Origin: Candidatus Babelota bacterium
Lineage (GTDB): Bacteria; Babelota; Babeliae; Babelales; UASB340
DNA length: 56,723 bases
Direction: 5' to 3'
Assembly: GCA_042576165.1 (NCBI GenBank)
Contig: JBHPBZ010000002.1
Location: 1 to 56,723 of the forward strand
In this document: piece by piece, positions 32,058 to 42,192 of the stretch
Numbering within the stretch: position 1 is the first letter of the stretch
Layout of the letters: every line of letters starts with the position of its first letter
Made by a program: the position numbers and the translations under genes
The notes under the pieces: generated by a model
What the model was told of the DNA's origin: nothing
Database searches by the model: none
What the model saw: only the letters and a program-made list of their open reading frames with translations

Positions 32058-33284
32058 ATGTCCAATCCTATTTTTTCTTATTTTTTTGTTAACAATCATC
32101 ATATGAGTATTCTTGGAATTTTTGTTTTTCTTTTTATTGCATTTATTTTTTCAAATAACAAAAGAAAAATAAATCTTAGAAGAATTCTCGGGGGCCTAAT
32201 ACTTCAATTTCTTTTGGCAATTTTTGTTTTAAACACAAAAATTGGACATAGAGTTTTTTCTACATTTGCTGAAGGATTTAGAATTCTTTATGGATATTCT
32301 GATGCAGGAATAAAATTCATGTTCGGCAATCTTATTGACGCAACAGCCTCTTGGGGTTTTCTCTTTGTGATAAAAGTTGTTCCTATAATTATATTTTTTG
32401 GTGCATTAATGTCTCTTCTATATCACATAGGCATAATTCAATTATTCGTAAAATTTTTAGCACTAATAATACGACCAATTTTGGGAACATCTGGAGCCGA
32501 AACTTTATGTACTGTTGGAAATATAGTTTTAGGACCAACAGAAGCTCCACTACTTATTAAAAAATATTTAAAAGTAATGACTGATTCTGAAATGTTAGTT
32601 GTAATGATTAGCGGAATGTCAACAATAACAGCTTCACTTTTAGCCATTTATGGATCAATGGGAATTTCAATGATTCATCTTATTACAGCATCTGTAATGT
32701 CAATTCCTGGCTCGATTCTTATTTCAAAAATTTTAATTCCCGAAACAAAAATCCCTAAAACTGCGGTCGGAAATCATATGGAAATGAAAAAGGATACTGC
32801 AAATATTTTAGATGCAGTTGCTGTAGGAACATGTGATGGTTTAAAATTAGCAGCAAATATTGCAGCTATGCTTATTGCATTTATAAGTTTAATGGCTATG
32901 GCTGATCATATCTTACTTTCAGTTATTGGATATAGTCTTAACAATATTTTTGCAAAACTTTTTTCTGGAGTTGCACATCTTATTGGAATTTCTAACCAAG
33001 ACAAAAACACCGCCGGAGTGCTTTTGGGACAGAAATTAGTAATTAATGAGTTTGTTGCATATGCAAGTCTTGTAAAAGCAACTTTAACAGTAAGAAGTAA
33101 AACCATCTTAACATATGCTTTATGCGGTTTTTCTAATATTTCGGTAATTGGAATATTGATTGGCGGAATTTCGGCATTGGCACCAAATAAAAAATCATTT
33201 TTAACCAAATTCGGCTGGAGAGCATTACTTGGTGGAACTCTTGTAAACCTTTTAAATGCAGCAATAGCAGGGCTACTAATCTGA
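32058..33284 (+). CDS. NupC/CNT-family concentrative nucleoside transporter
   Basis: Polytopic, 408 aa. GAETLCTVGNIVLGPTEAPLLIKKYL matches the conserved NupC block (..aanif.GqtEaPl.i.pyl). Confidence 0.8.
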   Translation: MSNPIFSYFFVNNHHMSILGIFVFLFIAFIFSNNKRKINLRRILGGLILQFLLAIFVLNTKIGHRVFSTFAEGFRILYGYSDAGIKFMFGNLIDATASWGFLFVIKVVPIIIFFGALMSLLYHIGIIQLFVKFLALIIRPILGTSGAETLCTVGNIVLGPTEAPLLIKKYLKVMTDSEMLVVMISGMSTITASLLAIYGSMGISMIHLITASVMSIPGSILISKILIPETKIPKTAVGNHMEMKKDTANILDAVAVGTCDGLKLAANIAAMLIAFISLMAMADHILLSVIGYSLNNIFAKLFSGVAHLIGISNQDKNTAGVLLGQKLVINEFVAYASLVKATLTVRSKTILTYALCGFSNISVIGILIGGISALAPNKKSFLTKFGWRALLGGTLVNLLNAAIAGLLI

Positions 33285-33311
33285 AAAGATTTATACAAAT
33301 CCGTCTTCGAT

Positions 33312-33351
33312 AAAACAAACTTCAACTTGAATTTAAGTTGAAGTTTGTTTT
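33312..33351 (+). terminator. rho-independent terminator after the nucleoside transporter
   Basis: AAAACAAACTTCAACTT-GAATTT-AAGTTGAAGTTTGTTTT, a perfect 17-bp stem. Confidence 0.8.
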
Positions 33352-33476
33352 GCAAATAAAAGCACATAAGCAAACAAATATTGGCCTTTTTTAGAAAACT
33401 GATTTTTATGATAAAATATACTCTATATCAAGTTTTAATATTATTTTTTGGTGAAAATAGATTTAATTAAAAAATT

Positions 33477-34529
33477 ATGAAGATTGCAATTTTATTATCC
33501 GGTGGCGTAGACAGCTCAGTAGCTCTAAAATTACTTCAAGATCAAAAGCATGAAATTACAGCTTTTTATCTTAAAATTTGGCTAGAAGATGAACTATCTT
33601 TTCTTGGAAATTGTCCCTGGGAAGAAGATTTAAAATATGCTCAAGCTGTTTGTAAACAAACAAATATCCCTTTAAAAGTTATTAACTTACAACAAGAATA
33701 TCACGATAAAATCGTATCTTATACAATCTCAGAAGTAAAAACAGGAAGAACTCCAAGCCCTGATATTTTTTGTAATAAATTAATAAAATTTGGATGTTTT
33801 TTAGAAAAATTTAGAAATCAATTTGATAAAGTCGCAACAGGACATTATGCACGAATAGATAATCAAAATGATTTATTTCTTTTAAAAAAAGCTATTGATC
33901 CAATAAAAGATCAAACATATTTTTTATCTCATCTCACTCAAAAACAATTATCAAAAATTCTATTTCCAATCGGACATCTCAAAAAAAATGAAGTACGAGA
34001 ACTTGCCAAAAAATATAATTTGCCAAACCAAGATAGAAAAGATAGTCAAGGAATATGTTTTCTTGGAAAAATTAAATTCAGTGATTTTATCAAACACCAC
34101 ATTGGAACCCTAAATGGAGATTTTTTAGAATTTGAAACAAATAAAAAAATAGGAACTCATAAAGGCTTTTGGTTCTATACAATTGGTCAACGCAAAGGAA
34201 TTGGGCTTTCTAATGGCCCATGGTATGTTGTAAAAAAAAATACAAAAAAAAATATCGTTTATATTTCTAACAAATACTTTACACCAGAAAAATCTCGCGA
34301 TACATTCACCATTTACCAATTTAATTGGATCTCAGGAGAACCACTCAAAAATAAAAACTTAATGGTTAAAATTCGTCATGGAGAACAATTATATAAAGTC
34401 ACTGTAGATTTTATAAAACCGGATTGTGCAATTGTAAAACTAAATAAACAAGACCAAGGTTTAGCACCGGGACAATTTGCAGTATTTTATGATAATGATA
34501 TTTGTTTAGGCTGTGGAGTAATTAAATAA
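33477..34529 (+). CDS. mnmA: tRNA 2-thiouridine(34) synthase MnmA
   Basis: PP-loop MKIAILLSGGVDSSVA, ATGHYAR, KDQTYFL and DSQGICFLG. Confidence 0.93.
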   Translation: MKIAILLSGGVDSSVALKLLQDQKHEITAFYLKIWLEDELSFLGNCPWEEDLKYAQAVCKQTNIPLKVINLQQEYHDKIVSYTISEVKTGRTPSPDIFCNKLIKFGCFLEKFRNQFDKVATGHYARIDNQNDLFLLKKAIDPIKDQTYFLSHLTQKQLSKILFPIGHLKKNEVRELAKKYNLPNQDRKDSQGICFLGKIKFSDFIKHHIGTLNGDFLEFETNKKIGTHKGFWFYTIGQRKGIGLSNGPWYVVKKNTKKNIVYISNKYFTPEKSRDTFTIYQFNWISGEPLKNKNLMVKIRHGEQLYKVTVDFIKPDCAIVKLNKQDQGLAPGQFAVFYDNDICLGCGVIK

Positions 34530-35491
34530 TGTTTAAAAATCTTTTTAATAACAAAAATTATGTTAAATATGATTTAACACCTATAGAGAGAATAAAAGAA
34601 TTTATAAAAACCTTTTGGCATTCTAAGTCTGAATGGTTCTTAAATAAAAGTTCTAAAAGATACTATGCTGGAATTGATGCGCGCAAATGGTTATATGTTC
34701 AACCTACAATTCCCAAGAGTCACAAACCCAAAATTACATGGATTGGGCAATCAACCTTTTTGATTCAGTTCGGGAATGTTAATATTTTAACCGATCCTGT
34801 TTTTTCTAACATAAACCCAATTTTTCCTCGAAATTTTGTTCCAGGAATTAGTCTTAACAAATTACCTAAAATAGATTACATAATAATTTCTCATAACCAT
34901 GCTGACCATATGGATAAAAACTGTTTACTTTATTTAAAAGCCCAACAACCCAAAATATTGGTTCCTAAAGGTGATAAAGCTTGGTTTGATTACCATGGTT
35001 TTGAAAATACTCAAGAAATGGATTGGTGGCAAAACTATAATTCTAAAACAAATATTAAATTTAGATTTTTGCCTGCAATACATTGGTCTGGATACAATAT
35101 TTTTAGAATAAATAAAGCAATGTGGGGAAGCTGGATGTTGGAATTTAATAATTACAAAATATATTTTGCAGGTGATACTGCATACGCAAAACATTTCTGT
35201 GAAATTTCTAAAGAGCACCCCAATATTGATATCGCAATGTTACCAATTGGACCAGAAAACCCACGTAATCTTGTAAAACAATCACACATGGACTCTAAAG
35301 AGGCAGTAAATGCCTTTATTGACTTGAAAGCAAAACATTTTATTCCTATGCATTGGGGAACTTTTAGAATTGATAGTGATAAATTTTATGATCCAATAAG
35401 AAATCTTGAAAAAAACTGGGATAACAAAAAAGATTTGCTATTCCAATCTGATCTTAATATTTTTAAATTTGGCCAAAGAAAAGAATTTTGA
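34529..35491 (+). CDS. MBL-fold metallo-hydrolase (NAPE-PLD-like)
   Basis: IIISHNHADHMD (HxHxDH) and a later FAGDT...H. The start overlaps the mnmA stop. Confidence 0.75.
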   Translation: MFKNLFNNKNYVKYDLTPIERIKEFIKTFWHSKSEWFLNKSSKRYYAGIDARKWLYVQPTIPKSHKPKITWIGQSTFLIQFGNVNILTDPVFSNINPIFPRNFVPGISLNKLPKIDYIIISHNHADHMDKNCLLYLKAQQPKILVPKGDKAWFDYHGFENTQEMDWWQNYNSKTNIKFRFLPAIHWSGYNIFRINKAMWGSWMLEFNNYKIYFAGDTAYAKHFCEISKEHPNIDIAMLPIGPENPRNLVKQSHMDSKEAVNAFIDLKAKHFIPMHWGTFRIDSDKFYDPIRNLEKNWDNKKDLLFQSDLNIFKFGQRKEF

Positions 35492-35604
35492 TTGGTATTT
35501 ATTTCGGCATTTCATATTCAGGATAAAATTTTTTCATTATTTTTTTTGTTTTATCCGTTAGTTTAACATCGTTTTTTATAAGTAAATCTAAAAACTTTTT
35601 TTAC

Positions 35605-36669
35605 TTAAAAATGACCATTTTCTAAACAACCAATAGTATTGTTATGAACAATCTCTAAACCAACAGATTGATATTCAAGCATTTTTGTTGGACGAGAAAC
35701 CCAATTGATTATATCTTTATCCCTAAAAAGAAACCCTACATCACAAGCAGCTAAAAATTTATGTAACTCACTTGCCTTTACACAAAGAATTTTATATTTA
35801 TTTTTTTCTATATTTTTATCTTTAATTAAATTTTCTATGTCTATTTTGTCAGAAGATAAAATAAGCAAAAATTTTTTTTTATCTTTTTTAATTTTTTCAG
35901 AAAAATAATCTACTATATTCGGTAGACATTGCCAGACCTTATATGAACCGCTATAACAATAGACTTTTGTATCATCTGATATTTTCAAGTTTTCTCTAAT
36001 TTTCTTTCTAAAAAACTCTATATCTTTTTGAGAAAGTTTTTTTGGAATATCATCTTTTGCAATTGTTATTTTAGAACTTTTGGCACCAAAATTTATCATT
36101 AAATAATTTTTAAGAGCAGGACTTACAGATTCTATATAAAAATCAAATTTCAAATTATTGTTTTTATTATAAGCTTCTAATTCTATTTGATGTAACTTTT
36201 GTACTATGATTTTTCTGGCCCATTTATTTATAAAATTTTCTTTTTTATATTGACAAACAAATCGATATTCTTGCGCACACAATCCCCTTGCTTGTAAAAT
36301 AATTTTGGGACTTACTCCACTTTTTTTTGTTAATGCTTTAATCGTTATCCATCCTGCAAGTGGTCCACGGGTAATAATTTCATCTGACTGTATTTTTTTA
36401 AATATTTTTTTTAATTGATAAACTGCAAATCTTAAACTTAATTTACCAAAAAAGGGAAGCTTTTTGCACAAAATAAAATTTAATCTATTGTGAGTAGGAA
36501 TTAAATTCAAAAGTATTGTGTTCGATATTTTTTCTTTTTCAAATGAAATTAGATTTATTTTAAGTTTATTATTTTTCTTCAATAAATTAAGCAATGGCCG
36601 CAATACCTGACTAGAAAAAACTGAATTTTGTATTCCATCGTATACTATAAATGTTAACTTTTTATACAT
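35605..36669 (-). CDS. GT-B fold glycosyltransferase (group 1 / GT4-like)
   Basis: 354 aa. The C-terminal block SRPTKMLEYQSVGLEIV resembles the E..K..EY.a.G.PvV motif of GT4 enzymes. The call is weak by eye. Confidence 0.5.
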   Translation of the reverse strand: MYKKLTFIVYDGIQNSVFSSQVLRPLLNLLKKNNKLKINLISFEKEKISNTILLNLIPTHNRLNFILCKKLPFFGKLSLRFAVYQLKKIFKKIQSDEIITRGPLAGWITIKALTKKSGVSPKIILQARGLCAQEYRFVCQYKKENFINKWARKIIVQKLHQIELEAYNKNNNLKFDFYIESVSPALKNYLMINFGAKSSKITIAKDDIPKKLSQKDIEFFRKKIRENLKISDDTKVYCYSGSYKVWQCLPNIVDYFSEKIKKDKKKFLLILSSDKIDIENLIKDKNIEKNKYKILCVKASELHKFLAACDVGFLFRDKDIINWVSRPTKMLEYQSVGLEIVHNNTIGCLENGHF

Positions 36670-36758
36670 GATGATCCTTTTTTGTTTTTATTGTAGTATT
36701 ACTAATCATTTTTTTCTAGACTTTTTCAAAGATTATTAAAATACAAAGGTAAACAATT

Positions 36759-39161
36759 ATGAAATTGAAATTTATAAAAAAATTTGAAAATATAAGTATA
36801 AAAGATATTCACTTAGTTGGTGGTAAAAATGCATCTTTAGGAGAAATGATACAGCAACTATCATCAAAGGGGGTTTTACTTCCTGGTGGTTTTGCCATTA
36901 CAGCTGATGCATATAGGTATCATTTAAAAGAAAATAAAATTGAAAATGAGATTCAAAAACTAGTATCTCAAATTGATAAAAAAAACTTGAAAAAATTAGC
37001 ACAAATTGGCAAAAAAATACGTACCTTAATCGAAAAATCTCCTCTACCTAAAAACTTACAAATTCAAATAATTAAGTCTTACAAAGAACTAGAAACAAAA
37101 TATGGTAAAAATTTCAGTGTCGCCGTTCGCTCATCAGCAACAGCAGAAGATTTACCAGAAGCTTCTTTTGCAGGCCAACAAGAAACTTATTTAAATATCA
37201 CCGGTGAAAAGCATTTATTAATAGCCTGCCAAAAGTGCTTTGCTTCCCTTTTTACAAACAGAGCTATTTCTTATCGAATTGATCATGGTTTTAATCATAT
37301 GGATATTGCACTTTCCATCGGCGTACAAAAAATGGTGCGTTCTGATAAGGCAACTGCAGGTGTTGCATTTACGCTTGATACTGAATCAGGATTACCTAAC
37401 ATTATTTTTATAAACTCTGCATATGGTCTAGGTGAAAATGTTGTAAAAGGAACAGTAAGTCCCGATGAATTTTATGTACACAAAGCAACTCTCGAAAAAG
37501 GCTTTAAACCAATATTAAAAAAAAGATTGGGCCAAAAACGCAAAAAAATGATTTATGCAAAAAGCACAAAAAATCCAACCAAGGATGTAATTGTTCCAAT
37601 AAAAGATAGAAAAGTTTTTTCTCTTACTGATAATGAAATTTTAGATATTGCAAAACAATGTCTAATAATCGAGAATCATTACTCCAATTTAAAAAAATAT
37701 TGGGTACCAATGGATATTGAATGGGCAAAAGATGGAAATGACAATAAAATATACATTGTTCAAGCCAGACCTGAAACTGTTCATTCCCAAAAAAAAGAAA
37801 AATCAATAATCGAAGAATATATAATACAAAAAAAATCTACAAAAAAAATTTTGGCAACGGGGAAAAGTGTTGGTAAAAAAATTGCCCACGGTTCAGCCAA
37901 AATAATTGATTCTGTAAAAGATATTGATAAGATCGGCAAAGGAGATATTTTAGTCACAGATATGACAGATCCAGATTGGGAACCAATTATGAAAATTGCA
38001 TCGGGCATTGTTACCAATAAGGGAGGTCGAACTTGTCATGCTGCAATTATTAGTAGAGAACTGGGAATTCCTGCAATTGTTGGAACTACAAATTCAACTA
38101 AAAAAATTAAAAATAATCAAAATATAACCATTGATTGTGCAAGCAGTGAAATAGGAACAGTTTATGATGGCAAAATCCCATTTAAAATTCTAAAATTAAA
38201 AATATCAAAATTACCAAAACTAAAAACAAAAATAATGATGAATGTTGGTAACCCAGATCAAGCTTTTAATTTTGCAATGCTACCAAATGATGGTGTTGGA
38301 TTAGCTCGTTTAGAATTTATAATAAATGATTCAATAAAAATTCATCCTATGGCTTTAGTTGAATTCAACAAACTTTCTGACTCAAAAATAAAAAACAAAA
38401 TTAAAGAATTAACTTTTGGATATAAAGATAAAAAAGAATTTTTTGTAACAAAATTGGCACAAGAAGTTGGAACAATAGTTGCAGCCTTTTATCCAAAGCC
38501 AGTAATCGTTAGATTTTCTGATTTTAAAAGTAATGAATATAGAAAATTAATAGGTGGAGATATTTTTGAACCAATAGAAGAAAATCCTATGCTTGGATTT
38601 AGAGGAGCATCAAGATATTATAATTCAAAATATAGCCCCGCATTTAAATTAGAATGCCTAGCTATGAAAAAAATAAGATACGAAATGGGACTAACAAATG
38701 CAAAATTGATGATTCCCTTTGTGCGCACTATAAATGAAGCAAAATTAGTGATTAAAGAAATGAAAAAGCATGGAATTAAACAAAGCAAAAATGACTTTGA
38801 AATCTATATGATGGCTGAAATTCCAGCAAATATTTTATTAATTGATGATTTTAGTAAAATTTTTGATGGATTTTCGATAGGATCAAATGATTTAACGCAA
38901 ACCACACTTGCTGTTGACCGCGATTCTAATTTAGTTGCATATCTTTTTGATGAAAGAAATGCAGCTGTTAAAAAAATATTAAAAATGGCAATCAATGGTG
39001 CAAAAAGAAATAAGAAAAAAATTGGAATATGTGGCCAAGCTCCTTCTGACTATCCAGAAATTGCACAATTTTTAGTAAAATGTGGAATAGATTCTATATC
39101 TTTAACCCCAGATACTATTTTAAAAGAAATTATGATTTTAGGTAAAAAAACAATAACCTAA
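36759..39161 (+). CDS. ppsA: phosphoenolpyruvate synthase (pyruvate, water dikinase)
   Basis: 800 aa. VGGKNASLGEM, VAVRSSATAEDLPEASFAGQQETYLN, the phosphohistidine region GGRTCHAAIISRELGIPAIVG, and the C-terminal PEP-utilising block GSNDLTQ. Confidence 0.95.
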   Translation: MKLKFIKKFENISIKDIHLVGGKNASLGEMIQQLSSKGVLLPGGFAITADAYRYHLKENKIENEIQKLVSQIDKKNLKKLAQIGKKIRTLIEKSPLPKNLQIQIIKSYKELETKYGKNFSVAVRSSATAEDLPEASFAGQQETYLNITGEKHLLIACQKCFASLFTNRAISYRIDHGFNHMDIALSIGVQKMVRSDKATAGVAFTLDTESGLPNIIFINSAYGLGENVVKGTVSPDEFYVHKATLEKGFKPILKKRLGQKRKKMIYAKSTKNPTKDVIVPIKDRKVFSLTDNEILDIAKQCLIIENHYSNLKKYWVPMDIEWAKDGNDNKIYIVQARPETVHSQKKEKSIIEEYIIQKKSTKKILATGKSVGKKIAHGSAKIIDSVKDIDKIGKGDILVTDMTDPDWEPIMKIASGIVTNKGGRTCHAAIISRELGIPAIVGTTNSTKKIKNNQNITIDCASSEIGTVYDGKIPFKILKLKISKLPKLKTKIMMNVGNPDQAFNFAMLPNDGVGLARLEFIINDSIKIHPMALVEFNKLSDSKIKNKIKELTFGYKDKKEFFVTKLAQEVGTIVAAFYPKPVIVRFSDFKSNEYRKLIGGDIFEPIEENPMLGFRGASRYYNSKYSPAFKLECLAMKKIRYEMGLTNAKLMIPFVRTINEAKLVIKEMKKHGIKQSKNDFEIYMMAEIPANILLIDDFSKIFDGFSIGSNDLTQTTLAVDRDSNLVAYLFDERNAAVKKILKMAINGAKRNKKKIGICGQAPSDYPEIAQFLVKCGIDSISLTPDTILKEIMILGKKTIT

Positions 39162-39163
39162 AT

Positions 39164-40918
39164 TTACATTTCAGGAATTGTTTCAACATCATGAGAAAGC
39201 CAACTTTTTAACCCATCCAGGATTTCTCTAATTTTATGTTCATCACCTTTGAAAATAATTCCTTTATCTGGATACAGAATTATTTCAACATTTCCTTTTT
39301 CGAGAGTAAGAATTTTATTACCTTCAGCAAGTTCAATAATTGGATTCATTTCTTTTGCTTGTTCAACATACATAGAAATAACGTCAAACATGTGCCTTGT
39401 AGATAAATAACTAAATGGACCAATTTTCATACAAAACTCATCTTCATCTAATAATTCCTTATGAACTACAAGTTTATTAAAGCCTAAAGCCATCATTATT
39501 GGTGAAGTAATTGTTGTAAGAACAATTACTGATACACAAATTACATATTGATTACTCGTCATTAAACATGTACTTTTTAGAATAGTTGCAATTACCAAAC
39601 TAACTTCACCTCGAGCAACCATTGATGATCCAAAAAGATAACTTTCTAAAAAGCTCCATTTTTTTTCTTTATCCTTAGCAAACAAATTTGAAAATAAAGT
39701 TGTAATATTACAACCAATCATTTTTGAAAAAACAGCTGCAAATAAAATAACAAAAACAACTAGCCAATCTATTGGTCTTAAAATAGTTATATTGACTTGC
39801 ATTCCAATTGAACCTAAAAAAATTGGTAATAAAACTGTATTTACAAAAGGAGAAATTGCACGCACAGCCTTATGCCTTGTGTCTCCCATTCTATGAAAAA
39901 ATCCTGCAAAATATGCACCGGTAATTCCAGCAAGTCCACCAACAAGCTCCGATAAAGAAAAAAACGAAAGCATAATAATTGTTGCAAAGGTAGGTAAAAT
40001 GTGAGATAAACGCAAATTCCTAAGTGCTTTTGTTATATAAACAATAAAATATCGTCCAAATAAAAACATCATAAAAAATGATAGAAGCATATAGAGAATT
40101 GAACTAAAAATTCCAGTAGAATGTCCCACACATTTTAAACAGTGAATTTTTCCAAGCAATCCACCTTGTAACATAACAATAAAAAATGAAAATAAAATTA
40201 CTGCTAAAATATCATCAACTATAGCGGCACCCATTGTTGCCTTAGATGAACGTAAATTCATTTTATTTTGAGAAATCAACATTGCCACAGGAATAGAAAC
40301 ACTCGTAGGAGAAAATATAATTCCTATACCAATTGCCGTTGCAAAAGCGTAACCACTATCTAAAAAGAAAAATACCGAAAATGCAACAATCAGAATTGGA
40401 AGAATTGCCCCTAATATACCCCCTAAAGTTGATTCTAAACCAACCTTTGCCATATCAGCAATATCAGTCTCATGCCCAGCTAGCCAAAGCAAATATGCAA
40501 CAGTAAGAGCGGATGAAATTAAAAGAATAAAAAAGAAAAAAAGATCCGAAGATGCGATTTGATAAATTTGATGTTTAGCAACATCTACAAATTCTAAAGG
40601 AGATACAAAAAAATTAATATTTTTTATATTTATTAGGGATGGCCCAAGAATTATTCCACCAATAATTTGTCCTGCAACAATTGGTAATTTAAAAAGTCTT
40701 TTAAAAAGTTTTCCCACCAAAAGAGTTGTTAAAAGTACAACCGATATAAATAACGTAAATTTTGCAGCAAAGGTAGCATTAATACCATTTTGAGATAAAT
40801 TTTCTATATAAATAGTTTTATAAACTAAAGCTGCTGATAATTTTGTCTTCTCCGTAAAAAAAATTGAATATGAACTAAAAATAGATACCAAACTAATAAT
40901 AAACTTACTGATTTTCAT
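39164..40918 (-). CDS. cation:proton antiporter (CPA1/CPA2, Kef/NhaP-like) with C-terminal soluble domain
   Basis: Polytopic. GQIIGGIILGPSL near the N-terminus is the family hallmark. There is a ~130-aa hydrophilic C-terminus. Confidence 0.75.
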   Translation of the reverse strand: MKISKFIISLVSIFSSYSIFFTEKTKLSAALVYKTIYIENLSQNGINATFAAKFTLFISVVLLTTLLVGKLFKRLFKLPIVAGQIIGGIILGPSLINIKNINFFVSPLEFVDVAKHQIYQIASSDLFFFFILLISSALTVAYLLWLAGHETDIADMAKVGLESTLGGILGAILPILIVAFSVFFFLDSGYAFATAIGIGIIFSPTSVSIPVAMLISQNKMNLRSSKATMGAAIVDDILAVILFSFFIVMLQGGLLGKIHCLKCVGHSTGIFSSILYMLLSFFMMFLFGRYFIVYITKALRNLRLSHILPTFATIIMLSFFSLSELVGGLAGITGAYFAGFFHRMGDTRHKAVRAISPFVNTVLLPIFLGSIGMQVNITILRPIDWLVVFVILFAAVFSKMIGCNITTLFSNLFAKDKEKKWSFLESYLFGSSMVARGEVSLVIATILKSTCLMTSNQYVICVSVIVLTTITSPIMMALGFNKLVVHKELLDEDEFCMKIGPFSYLSTRHMFDVISMYVEQAKEMNPIIELAEGNKILTLEKGNVEIILYPDKGIIFKGDEHKIREILDGLKSWLSHDVETIPEM

Positions 40919-41981
40919 TGTTACCTTTACTTAAAATAAATTGACCGCAACCACCTTTGATTTTTTTCCCTTTGCTTCTCCTGATAGTAACCATTATCTT
41001 TTTGGATCGTAAATATTTTGCAAACAAATTAATTTGTTCTTCTGAAGAAGGTAAAACTGGTAGGCTTTTTGTTGAATTATAAGGAATTAAATTTATTTTA
41101 ACCTTTAAACCATGTAAAACCTTTATCAACTTTTTTGCATGCAATATTGTATCATTAATTTTATTCAGCATTATATATTCAATTGTTATAAAACTTCTTT
41201 TTTCAAGTTTTATTTTCTTTAACTCATCAATAAGTTTTTGCAACGAAAAACTTATATTTATGGGCATAAACTCACTTCTTTGTTCATCTGTTGGAAAATG
41301 AAGAGAAACTGCCAATTTTATCTGAAATTTATTTATTAAATCTGATAATCCAGTTGTCACTCCAGATGTTGATAAAGTAATCCTATTTTTTGAAAAATCA
41401 AAGGCATTTTTATCCAAAAAAATTTGTATAGTTTTTTCTATATTTTTCAAATTCAACAACGGCTCTCCCATTCCCATAAAAACAATATTGGTAACTTTGC
41501 ACATTGTTTTGCCATCTTCTAAAACAACATTATTCTCTTTAATGTATTTTTGTATAGATAAAACTTGGCCAACAATTTCTGAGATTTCTAGCTTTCTTAA
41601 AAATTTTAATTCCGAACCAGTTGCACAAAATTTACACTTGAGCGGACACCCTATCATACAAGAAACACAAATTGTCGCTCGCTTACCAGAAATCATTAAA
41701 ATTGATTCTATTAATTTTTGATCTTCAGTTTTTAACAAAAATTTATATGAATTATCATCTTCAGAAACTGTAACATCATGAATTCTTGGAATTTTGATTT
41801 CTAAATTTTGATTTATTTTTTCTTTTAAATCTTTTGTAAAATTAGAAAATAAATCAGTATCAAAAACTGTTTTTTTATAGATCCAATCAAAAGACTGATT
41901 TGCCCTATAAGGCTTTTCGCACAAAGATAAAAACTTCTCTTTTAATTCAAAAATAGTTAGATTTATTAAATTTTCTTTCAT
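40905..41981 (-). CDS. rlmN: 23S rRNA/tRNA m2A methyltransferase RlmN (radical SAM)
   Basis: RATICVSCMIGCPLKCKFCATG (CxxxCxxC), NIVFMGMGEPLLN and GGCGQ near the C-terminus. Confidence 0.9.
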   Translation of the reverse strand: MKENLINLTIFELKEKFLSLCEKPYRANQSFDWIYKKTVFDTDLFSNFTKDLKEKINQNLEIKIPRIHDVTVSEDDNSYKFLLKTEDQKLIESILMISGKRATICVSCMIGCPLKCKFCATGSELKFLRKLEISEIVGQVLSIQKYIKENNVVLEDGKTMCKVTNIVFMGMGEPLLNLKNIEKTIQIFLDKNAFDFSKNRITLSTSGVTTGLSDLINKFQIKLAVSLHFPTDEQRSEFMPINISFSLQKLIDELKKIKLEKRSFITIEYIMLNKINDTILHAKKLIKVLHGLKVKINLIPYNSTKSLPVLPSSEEQINLFAKYLRSKKIMVTIRRSKGKKIKGGCGQFILSKGNNENQ

Positions 41982-42192
41982 ATTCCACCAAATTTTTAAT
42001 TATTTTTATCATTTTAACCTATTTTTTGTATTTTTAACAACGCATTAAAATAACCCCATTTGTCATTCTCATGCGGCCTTTGATTAAAGACACTGGAAAT
42101 GCTATATTAAACATAATTACATTTAGAATTTATATTTAAAATTAAGCATGTTTTTTAATATAAAAAAACATTTAAAATGAGGAATTTTAAAA